From positions 124,001 to 188,000 of IMG/VR virus record IMGVR_UViG_3300042691_055965: 64,000 nt of DNA. One strand, given 5' to 3'. Positions 47,761 through 57,695 of this stretch are shown in pieces. The notes beneath the pieces are model-generated. The model saw only the letters and a program-made list of their open reading frames with translations. It was not told the origin of the DNA and made no database searches. The position numbers and the translations under genes are program-made. Position 1 is the stretch's first letter. Each line of letters starts with the position of its first letter.

Positions 47761-50456
47761 TGGCTTGTATTTCGGGATTTACACTTGGTGGTTATTATAG
47801 TTATGTAGATTGTTGTGGTTTGGTTCAGGCGGGGGTTTCACCTGGACTTGAAAATGTTTGTGTAAGTGCATCAACTTCAGGAACATCAATTGGGGTTTTA
47901 CTTGATAGCGGTTCAACCTGTACGCAAAACTGTAATCAAGGACCTTTAAGTTATGTGTTTACTGTAACTGGGGTTTGTGGTAACCCATCAGGGACTGTAA
48001 CTATTCAATCTTTTGGTGGTATACCTCCGTATACTATTGATAATATTACTCCTGGAAGTTTATCAGCACAAACAAGTTCATCAGATATCACTTTTACTGG
48101 TTTAACAGGTGGTACTTATGTCTTTAGATTAAATGACTCATTAGGTATACAAAATAATGAAATTTTATTTAATGTAGAAATTTCTGATTGTTTTGTTGCG
48201 ACAATAAATAATACAGATGGAACAACTTGTGGTAGCCAAAATGGTAGTTTTTCTATAGATGTAACTTCTACTGCCGCACCATATAATATAGTTCTTTATA
48301 AAAATAATGCAATATTTTCGACATTTTTAACAAACACGGTTCCTTATAATGTTACATCATTAGATGAAGGAATATATTATGCAACTGTTTTTGATTATGG
48401 TATGGTAAGTGCCGTGACGGATAATGTTGTTATAAACCCAAGTAGTGGAACTACATTTGGTATATGGAAAGTTAATACATCTAACTGTGTACCTAATTCA
48501 GGAAAACTTGCGGTTACTGGATTGACAGGTAATGGACCTTATAGTTTTTTATGGTCTAATGGTGAAACAACACAAATTATTACTGGACTTACTGTCGGAA
48601 CTTACACAGTTACTGTCACTGATTTTTATGGTTGCGAAACTGTTGCGTCTGAAACGGTTGGTGTTGCTAATCCTTTAGGTGTAGGTTTAATTACTTCAGT
48701 TAACCCGTCTTGTTTTGATTCAAATGGTTCGATTACTGTTCAACTTACAGGAGGAACCGCTCCTTATACGATATCCGCTAATACAGGATATCAAACTTTT
48801 ACCTTAAGTGATACATTTACCGTACCAAATTTACCTACAGGTCCCTATAACATTTTGGTTAAAGATGCAAATCTTTGTCCTTTATTAGTAAACGCTTCTT
48901 TGACAACCGTAAATGGTTTTGACATTATAAGTACAAACATTACAAATACAACGTGTAATGGTAATGACGGTGAAGTGAATATTGTTTTAACTGGAATACC
49001 TCCATTCTTATTTCAATTAACAGCGCTTACAAACAATTCGATATCAACGCAATTTTCTTCAAATTTAAACACTACATTTAGTAATTTAAATTCGGGAAAT
49101 TATTTATTGTCCATTTCAGGGCAATCAAGTGGATGTGAATTTATACAACCAATAACTATTCAAAATCAACAGAATTTCCAAGTTACAGCAACGACAATTG
49201 ATAGTTCATGTGGAAGTGCTTCTGGATCGGTTATTATAGAAGTCGGAACAGGGTACACGTCACCTCTTGATTATTACCTTATTGACAATCAAAATACTCA
49301 ATCTATAATCGATTATCCTTTTTCATCTTTTACCTTCACATCTATTCTACCTGGAAATTATACAGTCCAAGTAGTTGATGGTAATAACTGTACCGTATCA
49401 ATTCCTGTCACAGTAGGTGCTGGTTCAAATTTTGTCAGTAACGTGATTACAACAAACTGTGTTTCAGGACAAGATGGTATTGCTCAAGTCGTCATATATG
49501 ATGGGGTGCCGCCTTTTACTTATAGTTGGCAAGGAGTATTATCCGCTCAAACAGGTTCTACTGTTACAAATTTAAGTGGTGGTACTTACACTGTTTCGGT
49601 TACAGATGCTAGTGGATGTACAAACTTTCATAATTTTACAATAGTATGTGGTTTCAATAGTTATAGTGGGTCGACAACATATCTTATATGTGAAAGAGAT
49701 TTTATCACAACAAGTGGAACTAAAAGAGGAATACCGGAAATGGTAAGTGAAGGTTTCTTGGATTTAACGACAGGGTACACTAATTGTATTTTAAATTCAG
49801 CGTCCGTGACTTGTCAAATTACATTGAACGGAAGTGCGTTTACACAAACAATAGTTTTTTGGAATGACGCATCATGGCAAAGTGCAATAGAAACAATATT
49901 AGGTAGTATTCCTGAAATAGGACAGTACGAAGTTAATTTATTAAATAATACTTTATATATAGAGTCAAATTGTCAGGGAGGAATTGATCCATTAGGTGAA
50001 ACTGATTTTACATTAGAATTGGTTGTAGATTATGACATTAGTTGTGCTGAAATTGCACCTACACCGACACCTACACCTACGCCAACACCTACGCCAACAC
50101 CTACACCTACGCCAACACCTACACCAACACCTTCGCCAACGCCTACTTATACATCAACAACGTGGTATTCTAATTCTGTTGTGTTTAGTACTGCAAACGC
50201 AACAAATCATTGTTTAACATTCCCTGATGATTGTAATGTGAATTTTTATACAAGTTCAGTGAGTTTAAATGTTGGTGATATTTTATATGATGATCCATTA
50301 CTGACTAATGATTCTGGAAATGTTGCGGTAAATTATGGACCATTTGGTGGTGGTTGGGGATGGATATATCTAACAGATACCTGTCCTATATCAAGTACAA
50401 TTTACCTCGTACAATTAAGAAGTAATGGTGAAATATTAGACATACAAACTTGTTAA
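47760..50456 (+). CDS. SprB-repeat virion decoration/fibre protein with a (PT)n tract
   Basis: Repeated C....G.I.....GG..PY...W.NG......GL..G.Y.V.VTD..GC units; ~15 PT units near the C-terminus; probable start ATG 47760 (TAATG overlap). Confidence 0.8.
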   Translation: MACISGFTLGGYYSYVDCCGLVQAGVSPGLENVCVSASTSGTSIGVLLDSGSTCTQNCNQGPLSYVFTVTGVCGNPSGTVTIQSFGGIPPYTIDNITPGSLSAQTSSSDITFTGLTGGTYVFRLNDSLGIQNNEILFNVEISDCFVATINNTDGTTCGSQNGSFSIDVTSTAAPYNIVLYKNNAIFSTFLTNTVPYNVTSLDEGIYYATVFDYGMVSAVTDNVVINPSSGTTFGIWKVNTSNCVPNSGKLAVTGLTGNGPYSFLWSNGETTQIITGLTVGTYTVTVTDFYGCETVASETVGVANPLGVGLITSVNPSCFDSNGSITVQLTGGTAPYTISANTGYQTFTLSDTFTVPNLPTGPYNILVKDANLCPLLVNASLTTVNGFDIISTNITNTTCNGNDGEVNIVLTGIPPFLFQLTALTNNSISTQFSSNLNTTFSNLNSGNYLLSISGQSSGCEFIQPITIQNQQNFQVTATTIDSSCGSASGSVIIEVGTGYTSPLDYYLIDNQNTQSIIDYPFSSFTFTSILPGNYTVQVVDGNNCTVSIPVTVGAGSNFVSNVITTNCVSGQDGIAQVVIYDGVPPFTYSWQGVLSAQTGSTVTNLSGGTYTVSVTDASGCTNFHNFTIVCGFNSYSGSTTYLICERDFITTSGTKRGIPEMVSEGFLDLTTGYTNCILNSASVTCQITLNGSAFTQTIVFWNDASWQSAIETILGSIPEIGQYEVNLLNNTLYIESNCQGGIDPLGETDFTLELVVDYDISCAEIAPTPTPTPTPTPTPTPTPTPTPTPTPSPTPTYTSTTWYSNSVVFSTANATNHCLTFPDDCNVNFYTSSVSLNVGDILYDDPLLTNDSGNVAVNYGPFGGGWGWIYLTDTCPISSTIYLVQLRSNGEILDIQTC
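50058..50147 (+). repeat. (Pro-Thr)n coding tract
   Basis: ccN-acN repeated ~15 times. Confidence 0.95.
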
Positions 50457-50457
50457 G

Positions 50458-50745
50458 ATGCCATATTCTATAGACATAACTTCTATGAGTGGTGGGTCAG
50501 CACCTGTCAGTTATTTCATTTGTGATGAAAATGGTAATAATTGTTCTTTTCTAGGTAATACTACAGGTGTTTATATATTACCCGCATTCTATCAACCTGC
50601 AACGACATTAATTGTTCAAGCAATAGACGGTAATAGTTGTTTATTATTTCAAGTAATAGTTTGTGCAGGACCTGAAACATTTTTACTTACAACTGAAGAT
50701 GGTTTTGTTCTTACAACAGAAGACGGTGACGGAATTTTATTCTAA
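50458..50745 (+). CDS. small virion adaptor-like protein (paralog family A)
   Basis: 95 aa; ICD.....C..L, D.N.C, C-terminal LTTEDG repeat. Confidence 0.7.
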   Translation: MPYSIDITSMSGGSAPVSYFICDENGNNCSFLGNTTGVYILPAFYQPATTLIVQAIDGNSCLLFQVIVCAGPETFLLTTEDGFVLTTEDGDGILF

Positions 50746-50766
50746 ATTTTATCATATTTATATTAT

Positions 50767-51051
50767 ATGATAATTCAAATCACAGGAGTAACAAGTGGAA
50801 CGTCGCCTTATGATGTCTACATTTGTGATCCAACAAATACAGGGTGTTTTTTGGTATCAGGGAGTACAGCGATACCACCAACTGTAACTATTGATAGTGA
50901 TTTATTTTTTCCTTATGAAAATATTGTCTATGTCAAGTTGATTGATGTTTTTGGTTGCACGTTAACAGAAACGGTTGTTTGTGGTGGAAAAATTTTCCAA
51001 GACGATTTTGGTTTTGCATTTATGGATGATACTTATTTTGTGTTTCAATAA
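50767..51051 (+). CDS. small virion adaptor-like protein (paralog family A)
   Basis: 94 aa; GTSPYDVYICD....C, KLID..GC, C-terminal K.FQD...F.FMD...F.FQ; TATTTATA at 50755. Confidence 0.75.
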   Translation: MIIQITGVTSGTSPYDVYICDPTNTGCFLVSGSTAIPPTVTIDSDLFFPYENIVYVKLIDVFGCTLTETVVCGGKIFQDDFGFAFMDDTYFVFQ

Positions 51052-51079
51052 ACTATTTTGATACTATTTATAAAATAAA

Positions 51080-52093
51080 ATGCCAATAACTTATCAATAT
51101 TTAACCGATAGAACTTTTGCACCATCAAGTGCAATTACACCTAATGCGTTAATTCATATTGTAGATCCTAATGACATTTCACAAAACCCAGACGGTTCGT
51201 CATATAAAGTAGAATTAACAAATTTAACATCCATATTTGGTTCAAGTGGTGACACATTCGTAACAGGTGGAACATATTCTGCAGGAACTGCAACATTCAC
51301 AAATAATACTGGAGGAACATTCAATGTAACAGGATTTACGTTGGCATCAACTGGTGGTACAAATATTAATACAATTATAAGTGGTTCTACTACTGTTATT
51401 AATTTGAATAATACCATAAATTTAACGGGAGTTACCGCAACTACAATAAGTGCAACAACATATCAAAATTTACCTGGTAGTTCATCGGCAAATTGTATAA
51501 CTGAACTTTTTGTGGGTAGAATAAAACCATGTACAACAACTTTCACTGTAAGTGGTGTTACAGTACTTACAAATAGTCCGGGTAAAAATCCTCTGAAAGT
51601 AGTTGCTTCTGGAAATAGTACTAGTGAACCTATTATGAGTGTTTCAGGAAGTAGTGGTGACTTATTTTCAGTAAAAGATAGTTTGACGGGAAATTTGTTT
51701 TCAGTAAACAACATTTCAGGAATCCCTATTATGGAAGTTTATGATAATAATAAAATGAAGTTGGGTTCATTTTCTTCACCAGCATCATATACTACAGTGA
51801 AATTTTTACCAACAACAGGTTTAACTGATGTCTTTTCTATTGATATTAGTGGAAATACGGGGGCGTGGTTTGACTATACTGTTGTAAATGCAATAACACC
51901 AAGTGCCAGGGCGGGACAAATTATGGCAATTTTTAGTGCAAATACAGTAAACTATGTAGAATCAACAACAAGTAGTATTGGAGTTACATCGGCAATTACT
52001 TTGAGTTTGTCTGCAAATTCAACAAACTGTATATTACAAACATCGGCAACCACTTTGGGGTGGGAAGTCAAAACAATAATAAGAAGTATTTAA
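51080..52093 (+). CDS. fibre-like virion protein (paralog family B N-terminus)
   Basis: N-terminal LTDRT...LIHIV..NDISQN..GSSY; Thr/Gly-rich shaft; TATTTATA at 51065. Confidence 0.7.
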   Translation: MPITYQYLTDRTFAPSSAITPNALIHIVDPNDISQNPDGSSYKVELTNLTSIFGSSGDTFVTGGTYSAGTATFTNNTGGTFNVTGFTLASTGGTNINTIISGSTTVINLNNTINLTGVTATTISATTYQNLPGSSSANCITELFVGRIKPCTTTFTVSGVTVLTNSPGKNPLKVVASGNSTSEPIMSVSGSSGDLFSVKDSLTGNLFSVNNISGIPIMEVYDNNKMKLGSFSSPASYTTVKFLPTTGLTDVFSIDISGNTGAWFDYTVVNAITPSARAGQIMAIFSANTVNYVESTTSSIGVTSAITLSLSANSTNCILQTSATTLGWEVKTIIRSI

Positions 52094-52102
52094 TTTTGAA
52101 TT

Positions 52103-52369
52103 ATGGACATTTTTGAAAACAGAAGATATATGATTATAAACTATAGTGAAATCGATAGTGTAGATTTTAGTCAAATATTTCAAACTTACAAAGACGAATT
52201 AAGACTATCGTTAGATGGTACAAAAACTGTAATTAAATGGGACGGGGACACACCAAGTTCAGTTGAATCATTGATATATAAAGACGGACCATATACCCAC
52301 AAAGATATTGTTACGATTATGGTTAGTGATGAATGGACTGATAACTCCGAAACCCCAAGAATTAGGTAA
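52103..52369 (+). CDS. hypothetical protein
   Basis: 88-aa ORF in the fibre cluster. Confidence 0.7.
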   Translation: MDIFENRRYMIINYSEIDSVDFSQIFQTYKDELRLSLDGTKTVIKWDGDTPSSVESLIYKDGPYTHKDIVTIMVSDEWTDNSETPRIR

Positions 52370-52380
52370 TATTTAAGAAA

Positions 52381-53115
52381 ATGATAAAAGTAGGAGCAAA
52401 AGAAATAGTAAAAGAAGGATTGGTATGTTTTATGGATCCTGCAAACACGAGTTCATATCAACCAAGTGGTACAACATATTATGATTTGTCTAGTTTTGCT
52501 GCAAAAGCCGTTTTTCAAAATTTTGATACAAATAATAACTTCGATCCGAGTGACGGTGGTGGTAGTATAATTTTTGATGGTGTAGATGATAGTATTCGTG
52601 TTTTTACATATGGTAGTGTAGGTATTACTAATAGTGCTGAAACTGACTCCTATTTATTTACTGATGAAGTAACATTAGAGGCGTTTGTAAAACCAACATC
52701 GTTTACTAGTCAACCTAACATAATAGGTAAAGGTACAAATTTAGGATATAGATGTAGATTTACGTCTGATCAAAGATTTTGGTTATATTCTTCTAGTGGT
52801 GCTAGTATTAATAACATTCAAACCGCATCCAATTTGATAAACCCAAATGAATGGGTTCATGTTGTTGCGGTTTTTAGTCAGTCGGGTCTTTTTGCTTATG
52901 TAAATGGAGTGCTGCAGGCATCAAATTCACAACCATTTTTACCCGACATATTAAACCCAACGAGTATAGCTTGTGTATTACATTTTGGTAGATTTTGTAG
53001 TTCTGGTGAACTATTTGAAGGTAAAATGGGTATTATAAGGGTTTACCATGCGGCTCTTTCCGCTGATCAAGTACTATCAAACTTCAATGCTGATAGGGAT
53101 AGATACGGAATATAA
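52381..53115 (+). CDS. LamG/concanavalin A-like lectin domain protein
   Basis: GLV...DPAN..SY..SG....DLS, FDGVDD, TLEAFVKP, W.HVVAV, YVNG, F.G.MG..RVY..ALS...V..NF. Confidence 0.88.
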   Translation: MIKVGAKEIVKEGLVCFMDPANTSSYQPSGTTYYDLSSFAAKAVFQNFDTNNNFDPSDGGGSIIFDGVDDSIRVFTYGSVGITNSAETDSYLFTDEVTLEAFVKPTSFTSQPNIIGKGTNLGYRCRFTSDQRFWLYSSSGASINNIQTASNLINPNEWVHVVAVFSQSGLFAYVNGVLQASNSQPFLPDILNPTSIACVLHFGRFCSSGELFEGKMGIIRVYHAALSADQVLSNFNADRDRYGI

Positions 53116-53178
53116 AATTATATATTTCTTTATACAATCTAACATTTATTAATTTTTCTATTTTCATAACATTCTAAT

Positions 53179-54375
53179 ATGAAAATATTTGTACAAATTG
53201 CATCTTATCGTGATCCTGAACTTTTACCAACTATTAGGGATTGTATCAATAAGGCAAAATACCCTGAAAATTTAACTTTTGGTATCTGTTGGCAACGTGA
53301 CGAAACAGAAACTTTGGAAGAATTTTTAAATGATTATAGATTTAGAATATTAGATTATCATTGGAGTGAAAGTAAAGGGCTGTGTTGGGCTCGAAGTGAA
53401 ATACAAAAACTTTGGAAAGGGGAAGAATATACTCTACAATTAGATTCACATCATAGGTTTTTGAAAAATTGGGATGAAGAATTAATCGAAATGATGAACA
53501 TGACAGGTTCGAAAAAACCAATAATTTCAACATATGCTGGAATGTATCAACCATCAGACGACAAGTTATTAAATTTTGAACCTTATAAAATGGTGGCATC
53601 TAATTTCACACCAGGTGGTACTATACTTTTTAGACCTCACGCAATCCCAAACTGGGAAACATTGGAAAAACCAATACCTGCAAGATTTGTCAGTGGACAC
53701 TTTTTTTTCACAATTGGTAAACACTGTGAAGAATATAAATATGATCCAAACATATATTTTGCTGGTGATGAAATTAGTCTATCGATTCGTTCATTTACAT
53801 TAGGTTATGATTTATTTCACCCATATAAGACAATTATTTGGCACGAATACACAAGGGAAGGTAGAACAAAACACTGGTCGGATTTCAATGAGGAAAATAA
53901 AAATAAAGGTGTTGTTGAAAAACAATGGTGGGAAATGGATAATGAATCCAAAAGAAGATTGAGACATATGTTGCAAGAAGAAGATAATAATATTGATCTT
54001 GGAATTTATGGGTTAGGAAATGAAAGGACACATAAAGAATACGAAGATTATGCTGGTATAAATTTTAGACTTAAAAAACTTCACCCCGAAACGTTAAAAG
54101 GTACAAATCCACCAATTAATGATACTACAGAATGGTATTTGGAAGAAGAAAAAACATATACCTATACTTTAGAAATACCCAAAACTGAAAATTTTAAATT
54201 CATATATATTGGTATAGAAAATGAAAAAGGTGATGTTTTATACAGACAAGATTTATTAGAATATCAAAATAAATTAGACATAACAATTAAAAGTTTTTCC
54301 AAACCACACAAATGGATTTATTGGGTAAACGATATCGATGGGAATTGGATTAATAGGGTAGATACAAATTTATGA
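53179..54375 (+). CDS. GT60-like glycosyltransferase (Skp1/polypeptide alpha-GlcNAc transferase family)
   Basis: IFVQIASYRDPEL..TI, SKG.CWAR, LQLDSHHRF..NWD, F.GDEI..SIR.FT.GYD, WHEY. Confidence 0.85.
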   Translation: MKIFVQIASYRDPELLPTIRDCINKAKYPENLTFGICWQRDETETLEEFLNDYRFRILDYHWSESKGLCWARSEIQKLWKGEEYTLQLDSHHRFLKNWDEELIEMMNMTGSKKPIISTYAGMYQPSDDKLLNFEPYKMVASNFTPGGTILFRPHAIPNWETLEKPIPARFVSGHFFFTIGKHCEEYKYDPNIYFAGDEISLSIRSFTLGYDLFHPYKTIIWHEYTREGRTKHWSDFNEENKNKGVVEKQWWEMDNESKRRLRHMLQEEDNNIDLGIYGLGNERTHKEYEDYAGINFRLKKLHPETLKGTNPPINDTTEWYLEEEKTYTYTLEIPKTENFKFIYIGIENEKGDVLYRQDLLEYQNKLDITIKSFSKPHKWIYWVNDIDGNWINRVDTNL

Positions 54376-55169
54376 AAATAGGAGCATTTTATCAGTCAGG
54401 ACACAAGTTAGTTGCGTGTTATAAAGCATTGGAACAATTAAGAAAAGTATATCCTAATATACCTGTTGCTTTATATGAAGACGGTTCTAAAATATTGGAA
54501 CAGGTAGCAAAAAAATTTAATTGTGATTATAAATGGATTGAACAACAAGGGACAAACCACCCTACATCTGGAAGGGTTTTTGTTAAAGAAGGTGGGCAAA
54601 TTGATTGGCTACGAAGAATCTATGATGCTTGTTTGACAACACTAAAAGATGTTGAATGGGTGGTACACTACGAAGACGACGTTTGGTGTAGGTTTGAAAT
54701 AACCAAACCACCAAAATTTGATATTTCAGGAGCCAATGGTCCATTATATACAAATGAATTATATTCATATTTAAAAAATAGATTTGATGTTTACGATGAG
54801 TCAAGACATCATTGGAGTGAAAATGGTTCTTTACAAAGTTACGGTGCCTGTGGTGGTGCTATTTTTAATAGAGAAAAATTTATCTACATATTTGAAAATA
54901 TCGACAAAGTTCCGTGGGATTATATCTATAAATTGGATACCAGACCGATTGAGTGGTGTGATGCAACGCTTTCGTTTTTATTTCAGTATTTTGGATTTAC
55001 TAGTGGGGTATGGGAAGATTGGGCACAATACGATAGTAAAAATATAGGTAATTGGTGGGATAAAAGTGGTTGGTCGGTTCCTATGGAAGAACAACCTAAT
55101 GTTGCTTTTATTCATGCGTATAAACATTATTATTGTTATAAACCTGAAGATATTGAAATAGATTTTTAA
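54372..55169 (+). CDS. putative GT-A glycosyltransferase
   Basis: LRKVYP..P..LY.DG, VVHYEDDVW (DxD-like), GACGG..F, D..LS..F, IH.YK; coupled to GT60 gene (ATGA overlap). Confidence 0.7.
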   Translation: MKIGAFYQSGHKLVACYKALEQLRKVYPNIPVALYEDGSKILEQVAKKFNCDYKWIEQQGTNHPTSGRVFVKEGGQIDWLRRIYDACLTTLKDVEWVVHYEDDVWCRFEITKPPKFDISGANGPLYTNELYSYLKNRFDVYDESRHHWSENGSLQSYGACGGAIFNREKFIYIFENIDKVPWDYIYKLDTRPIEWCDATLSFLFQYFGFTSGVWEDWAQYDSKNIGNWWDKSGWSVPMEEQPNVAFIHAYKHYYCYKPEDIEIDF

Positions 55170-55197
55170 AAAAATTTATGCAAATCAGATTTTCAAT

Positions 55198-55205
55198 TAT
55201 TTATA
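55198..55205 (+). promoter_or_regulatory. TATTTATA element
   Basis: Exact motif 11 nt before GTG 55217. Confidence 0.6.
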
Positions 55206-55216
55206 TATAAAAAAGA

Positions 55217-56845
55217 GTGCCAAATTTATTATTTGAAGGTTGTTGTTACGAGGGTTATCAGTATTTCACTGATGAAGCAGCTTGGATTGCAACTGGTGGA
55301 ACCGCGACTACAGGACAAACATATCATTTTTCAGGTGACCCAATAGTTCCCGATGGTTGTTATACTATAGTATCGGCATTCACATCAGGTTTTACATCTG
55401 TATCATTTACAAATTTAGATGGTGTTTATACAACACAAACAGGATGTACCGATTCTTTGTGTTTGACAGGTGTTTGTTGTAGTAATGATGTTTGCATTAA
55501 CATTTCGGTTTCAACATATAGTGCGTATAGCGGTAATTATGTTGTTGCTGGAAGTTATAATTCTTACCCTTATTGGACAGGTGCAACACAACCTGGGTAT
55601 ATTGGGTTCAATGGTACAAATTGGTGTCTTTCTGATTCACTAACCGGAACTTGTATTTTTTATGGGTCGAACCCAACATTATCAACTTGCCCTGATTTAG
55701 ATACTTCAGTTTATAATACAGGAATTTGTCCACCTGTACCAACACCATTCGATCCGTGTGGTGCATTTGATTTTGATGTTTTAGTTGCTTGTGATATACC
55801 AACACCAACTCCAACACCAACACCGACACCAACACCTACACCGACTCCCACACCAAGTCCAACACCTAATTTATGTTCAGGATTTTCTGTGTCAATATCT
55901 TTTAGTGCTACAACACCTACACCAACACCAACACCAACACCTACACCAACGCCTACGGTTTATCCTTATCCAATAACTGGACAAAGTGTGACTTTTGTTA
56001 TTGACGAAGGTTATTTTAATTGTGTTTCAATAAAACAATTACAGGATTGTGATAATGGTGAAACATATTTAGTTGCCGATCCTTTAATTTTCCAATTATC
56101 GGCAATAACCACAGGCACTACGTTCTTGGGCGCTATAAATGGAGAATTCAAGTGTGTAACATATGTGGGTGATGTTTTGGGAAGTCCATCCGATTTGTTA
56201 ACATTTATATCACTTACATACAGTGGGGATTGTAGTTCATGTATCGCGCCAACACCAACTCCAACACCTACACCAAGCCCAACACCAACACCGACACCTA
56301 CACCGACACCTACACCGACACCAACATATAGTGCGAACACATCATTCGTGTTTACATCTTGTACATCAAATTCGATGATAATTCAAAGTTTGATTCCACC
56401 TACTAACATTTCTGTTGGTAACGTTGTAAAAAATAGTTCAGGAAATTGTTTCACTTATATTGGTTATTTTGTGAATTATACTCCACCATCTGGGTTTATT
56501 TGGTCGACTATAAATTCATTTACGGGTGTTACTGCAACAACTTACACGACTTGTTTAGAGTGTTTGACACCAACACCAACACCTACACCATTATTCAATA
56601 CATATAACGGTAAAGGTGAATTCGGAGTATCGTGTCCTGTTTGTGAATTGACAAATGGTGGTACAAATGTGACTTTCTATAGGTCTTATAGTACTTTATC
56701 TTTACAGACAGGGGATTATATTTATGAAGATACTGCACTTACCATACCTGTAATATTATCATACATTAAGTACGGTGGTAAAATATACAGTGTTGATAGT
56801 AATGGTATGATAACAGAATTTTGTATAGTAAACGGTAATTGTTAA
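55217..56845 (+). CDS. Cys-rich virion protein with four (PT)n mucin-like tracts
   Basis: 542 aa, GTG start; small Cys-paired domains separated by PT tracts. Confidence 0.8.
   Translation: MPNLLFEGCCYEGYQYFTDEAAWIATGGTATTGQTYHFSGDPIVPDGCYTIVSAFTSGFTSVSFTNLDGVYTTQTGCTDSLCLTGVCCSNDVCINISVSTYSAYSGNYVVAGSYNSYPYWTGATQPGYIGFNGTNWCLSDSLTGTCIFYGSNPTLSTCPDLDTSVYNTGICPPVPTPFDPCGAFDFDVLVACDIPTPTPTPTPTPTPTPTPTPSPTPNLCSGFSVSISFSATTPTPTPTPTPTPTPTVYPYPITGQSVTFVIDEGYFNCVSIKQLQDCDNGETYLVADPLIFQLSAITTGTTFLGAINGEFKCVTYVGDVLGSPSDLLTFISLTYSGDCSSCIAPTPTPTPTPSPTPTPTPTPTPTPTPTYSANTSFVFTSCTSNSMIIQSLIPPTNISVGNVVKNSSGNCFTYIGYFVNYTPPSGFIWSTINSFTGVTATTYTTCLECLTPTPTPTPLFNTYNGKGEFGVSCPVCELTNGGTNVTFYRSYSTLSLQTGDYIYEDTALTIPVILSYIKYGGKIYSVDSNGMITEFCIVNGNC
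55799..56590 (+). repeat. four (Pro-Thr)n coding tracts
   Basis: Tracts at about 55799-55867, 55910-55957, 56249-56326 and 56567-56590. Confidence 0.95.
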
Positions 56846-56846
56846 T

Positions 56847-57146
56847 ATGGCGACATTTGTTACAGTAAACACAGCAACAGGACAGTTCCCAATAAATGTT
56901 TGGGTTTGTAATGATTGTACCACGGGGGCTACAAATATTTGTCAATACATAGACACAATTGATAATGTTGGTGAAATTCCGTTCACATTTCAACTACCAA
57001 CAATTTATGAAACAGCACTTTCATATTCCATCAAATTTATTGACAGTTTAGGATGTGAAGTGTGTGATGCTTATTCGACTTATAAACAATTCCAAGATGG
57101 TGATCCATTTATTTTCATGGACGGCACAACTTATGAATTTCAATAA
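56847..57146 (+). CDS. small virion adaptor-like protein (paralog family A)
   Basis: 99 aa; G..P..VWVC, KFIDSLGC, C-terminal KQFQDGDPFIFMDGTTYEFQ. Confidence 0.75.
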   Translation: MATFVTVNTATGQFPINVWVCNDCTTGATNICQYIDTIDNVGEIPFTFQLPTIYETALSYSIKFIDSLGCEVCDAYSTYKQFQDGDPFIFMDGTTYEFQ

Positions 57147-57166
57147 ACATTATATATATTAATTAA

Positions 57167-57694
57167 ATGGCAAGATTAACAGATAAAACAACAGCAACTG
57201 CAGTAACCCAAAGTAGTTTAATTCACATTGTGAATACTAATGATGTTACACAAAATAGTGCGGGTTCATCGTATAGAGCCGATTTAGGACAAGTAGCAAA
57301 TGCGATTGGCGGGTATCAATATTATAGTGCCGTAACAATTACATCTTCAGATATATTAACTTCTAATTCAGTTCCTTTTGAAATATTACCTAATCCTGGT
57401 GCTAATAGTTACTATGATGCTAAATTTATTATGGAATATACGTATAATACAACAGGATACGTTTCGGGTGCTGAAAGTGTTATTTCAGACGGAGTAAATA
57501 GTGTTTATGCTTTGGGTGATTTGGCAAATTTTGTTACAGATACCGTAAATATCGTGCAAAGTATTGAAACCTTACAACCCGCAAAAATGCAACCAAACAA
57601 TCCTTTGTATTTCTTCACAGAAGTCGCGGATCCAACTACAGGTGATGGTGAAATACTACTTAAAATTTGGTATACAATAAGAACATTCGGATAA
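57167..57694 (+). CDS. short fibre-like virion protein (paralog family B N-terminus)
   Basis: LTDKT...LIHIVNTNDVTQN..GSSY matches the N-terminus of 51080. Confidence 0.72.
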   Translation: MARLTDKTTATAVTQSSLIHIVNTNDVTQNSAGSSYRADLGQVANAIGGYQYYSAVTITSSDILTSNSVPFEILPNPGANSYYDAKFIMEYTYNTTGYVSGAESVISDGVNSVYALGDLANFVTDTVNIVQSIETLQPAKMQPNNPLYFFTEVADPTTGDGEILLKIWYTIRTFG

Positions 57695-57695
57695 T

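Noticed and set aside
53179-55169. DNA-modifying glucosyltransferases
   Set aside because: Motifs match the GT60/GT-A protein-glycosylating type, and no base-modification genes are adjacent; not formally excluded
56011-56340. (GV)n ORF on minus strand and His/Gln-rich alternate-frame ORFs
   Set aside because: Alternative-frame readings of the (PT)n tracts
50458-57694. Diversity-generating retroelement or invertible fibre switch behind the paralogous segments
   Set aside because: No reverse transcriptase or invertase seen; paralogs differ broadly at the nucleotide level rather than only at adenines
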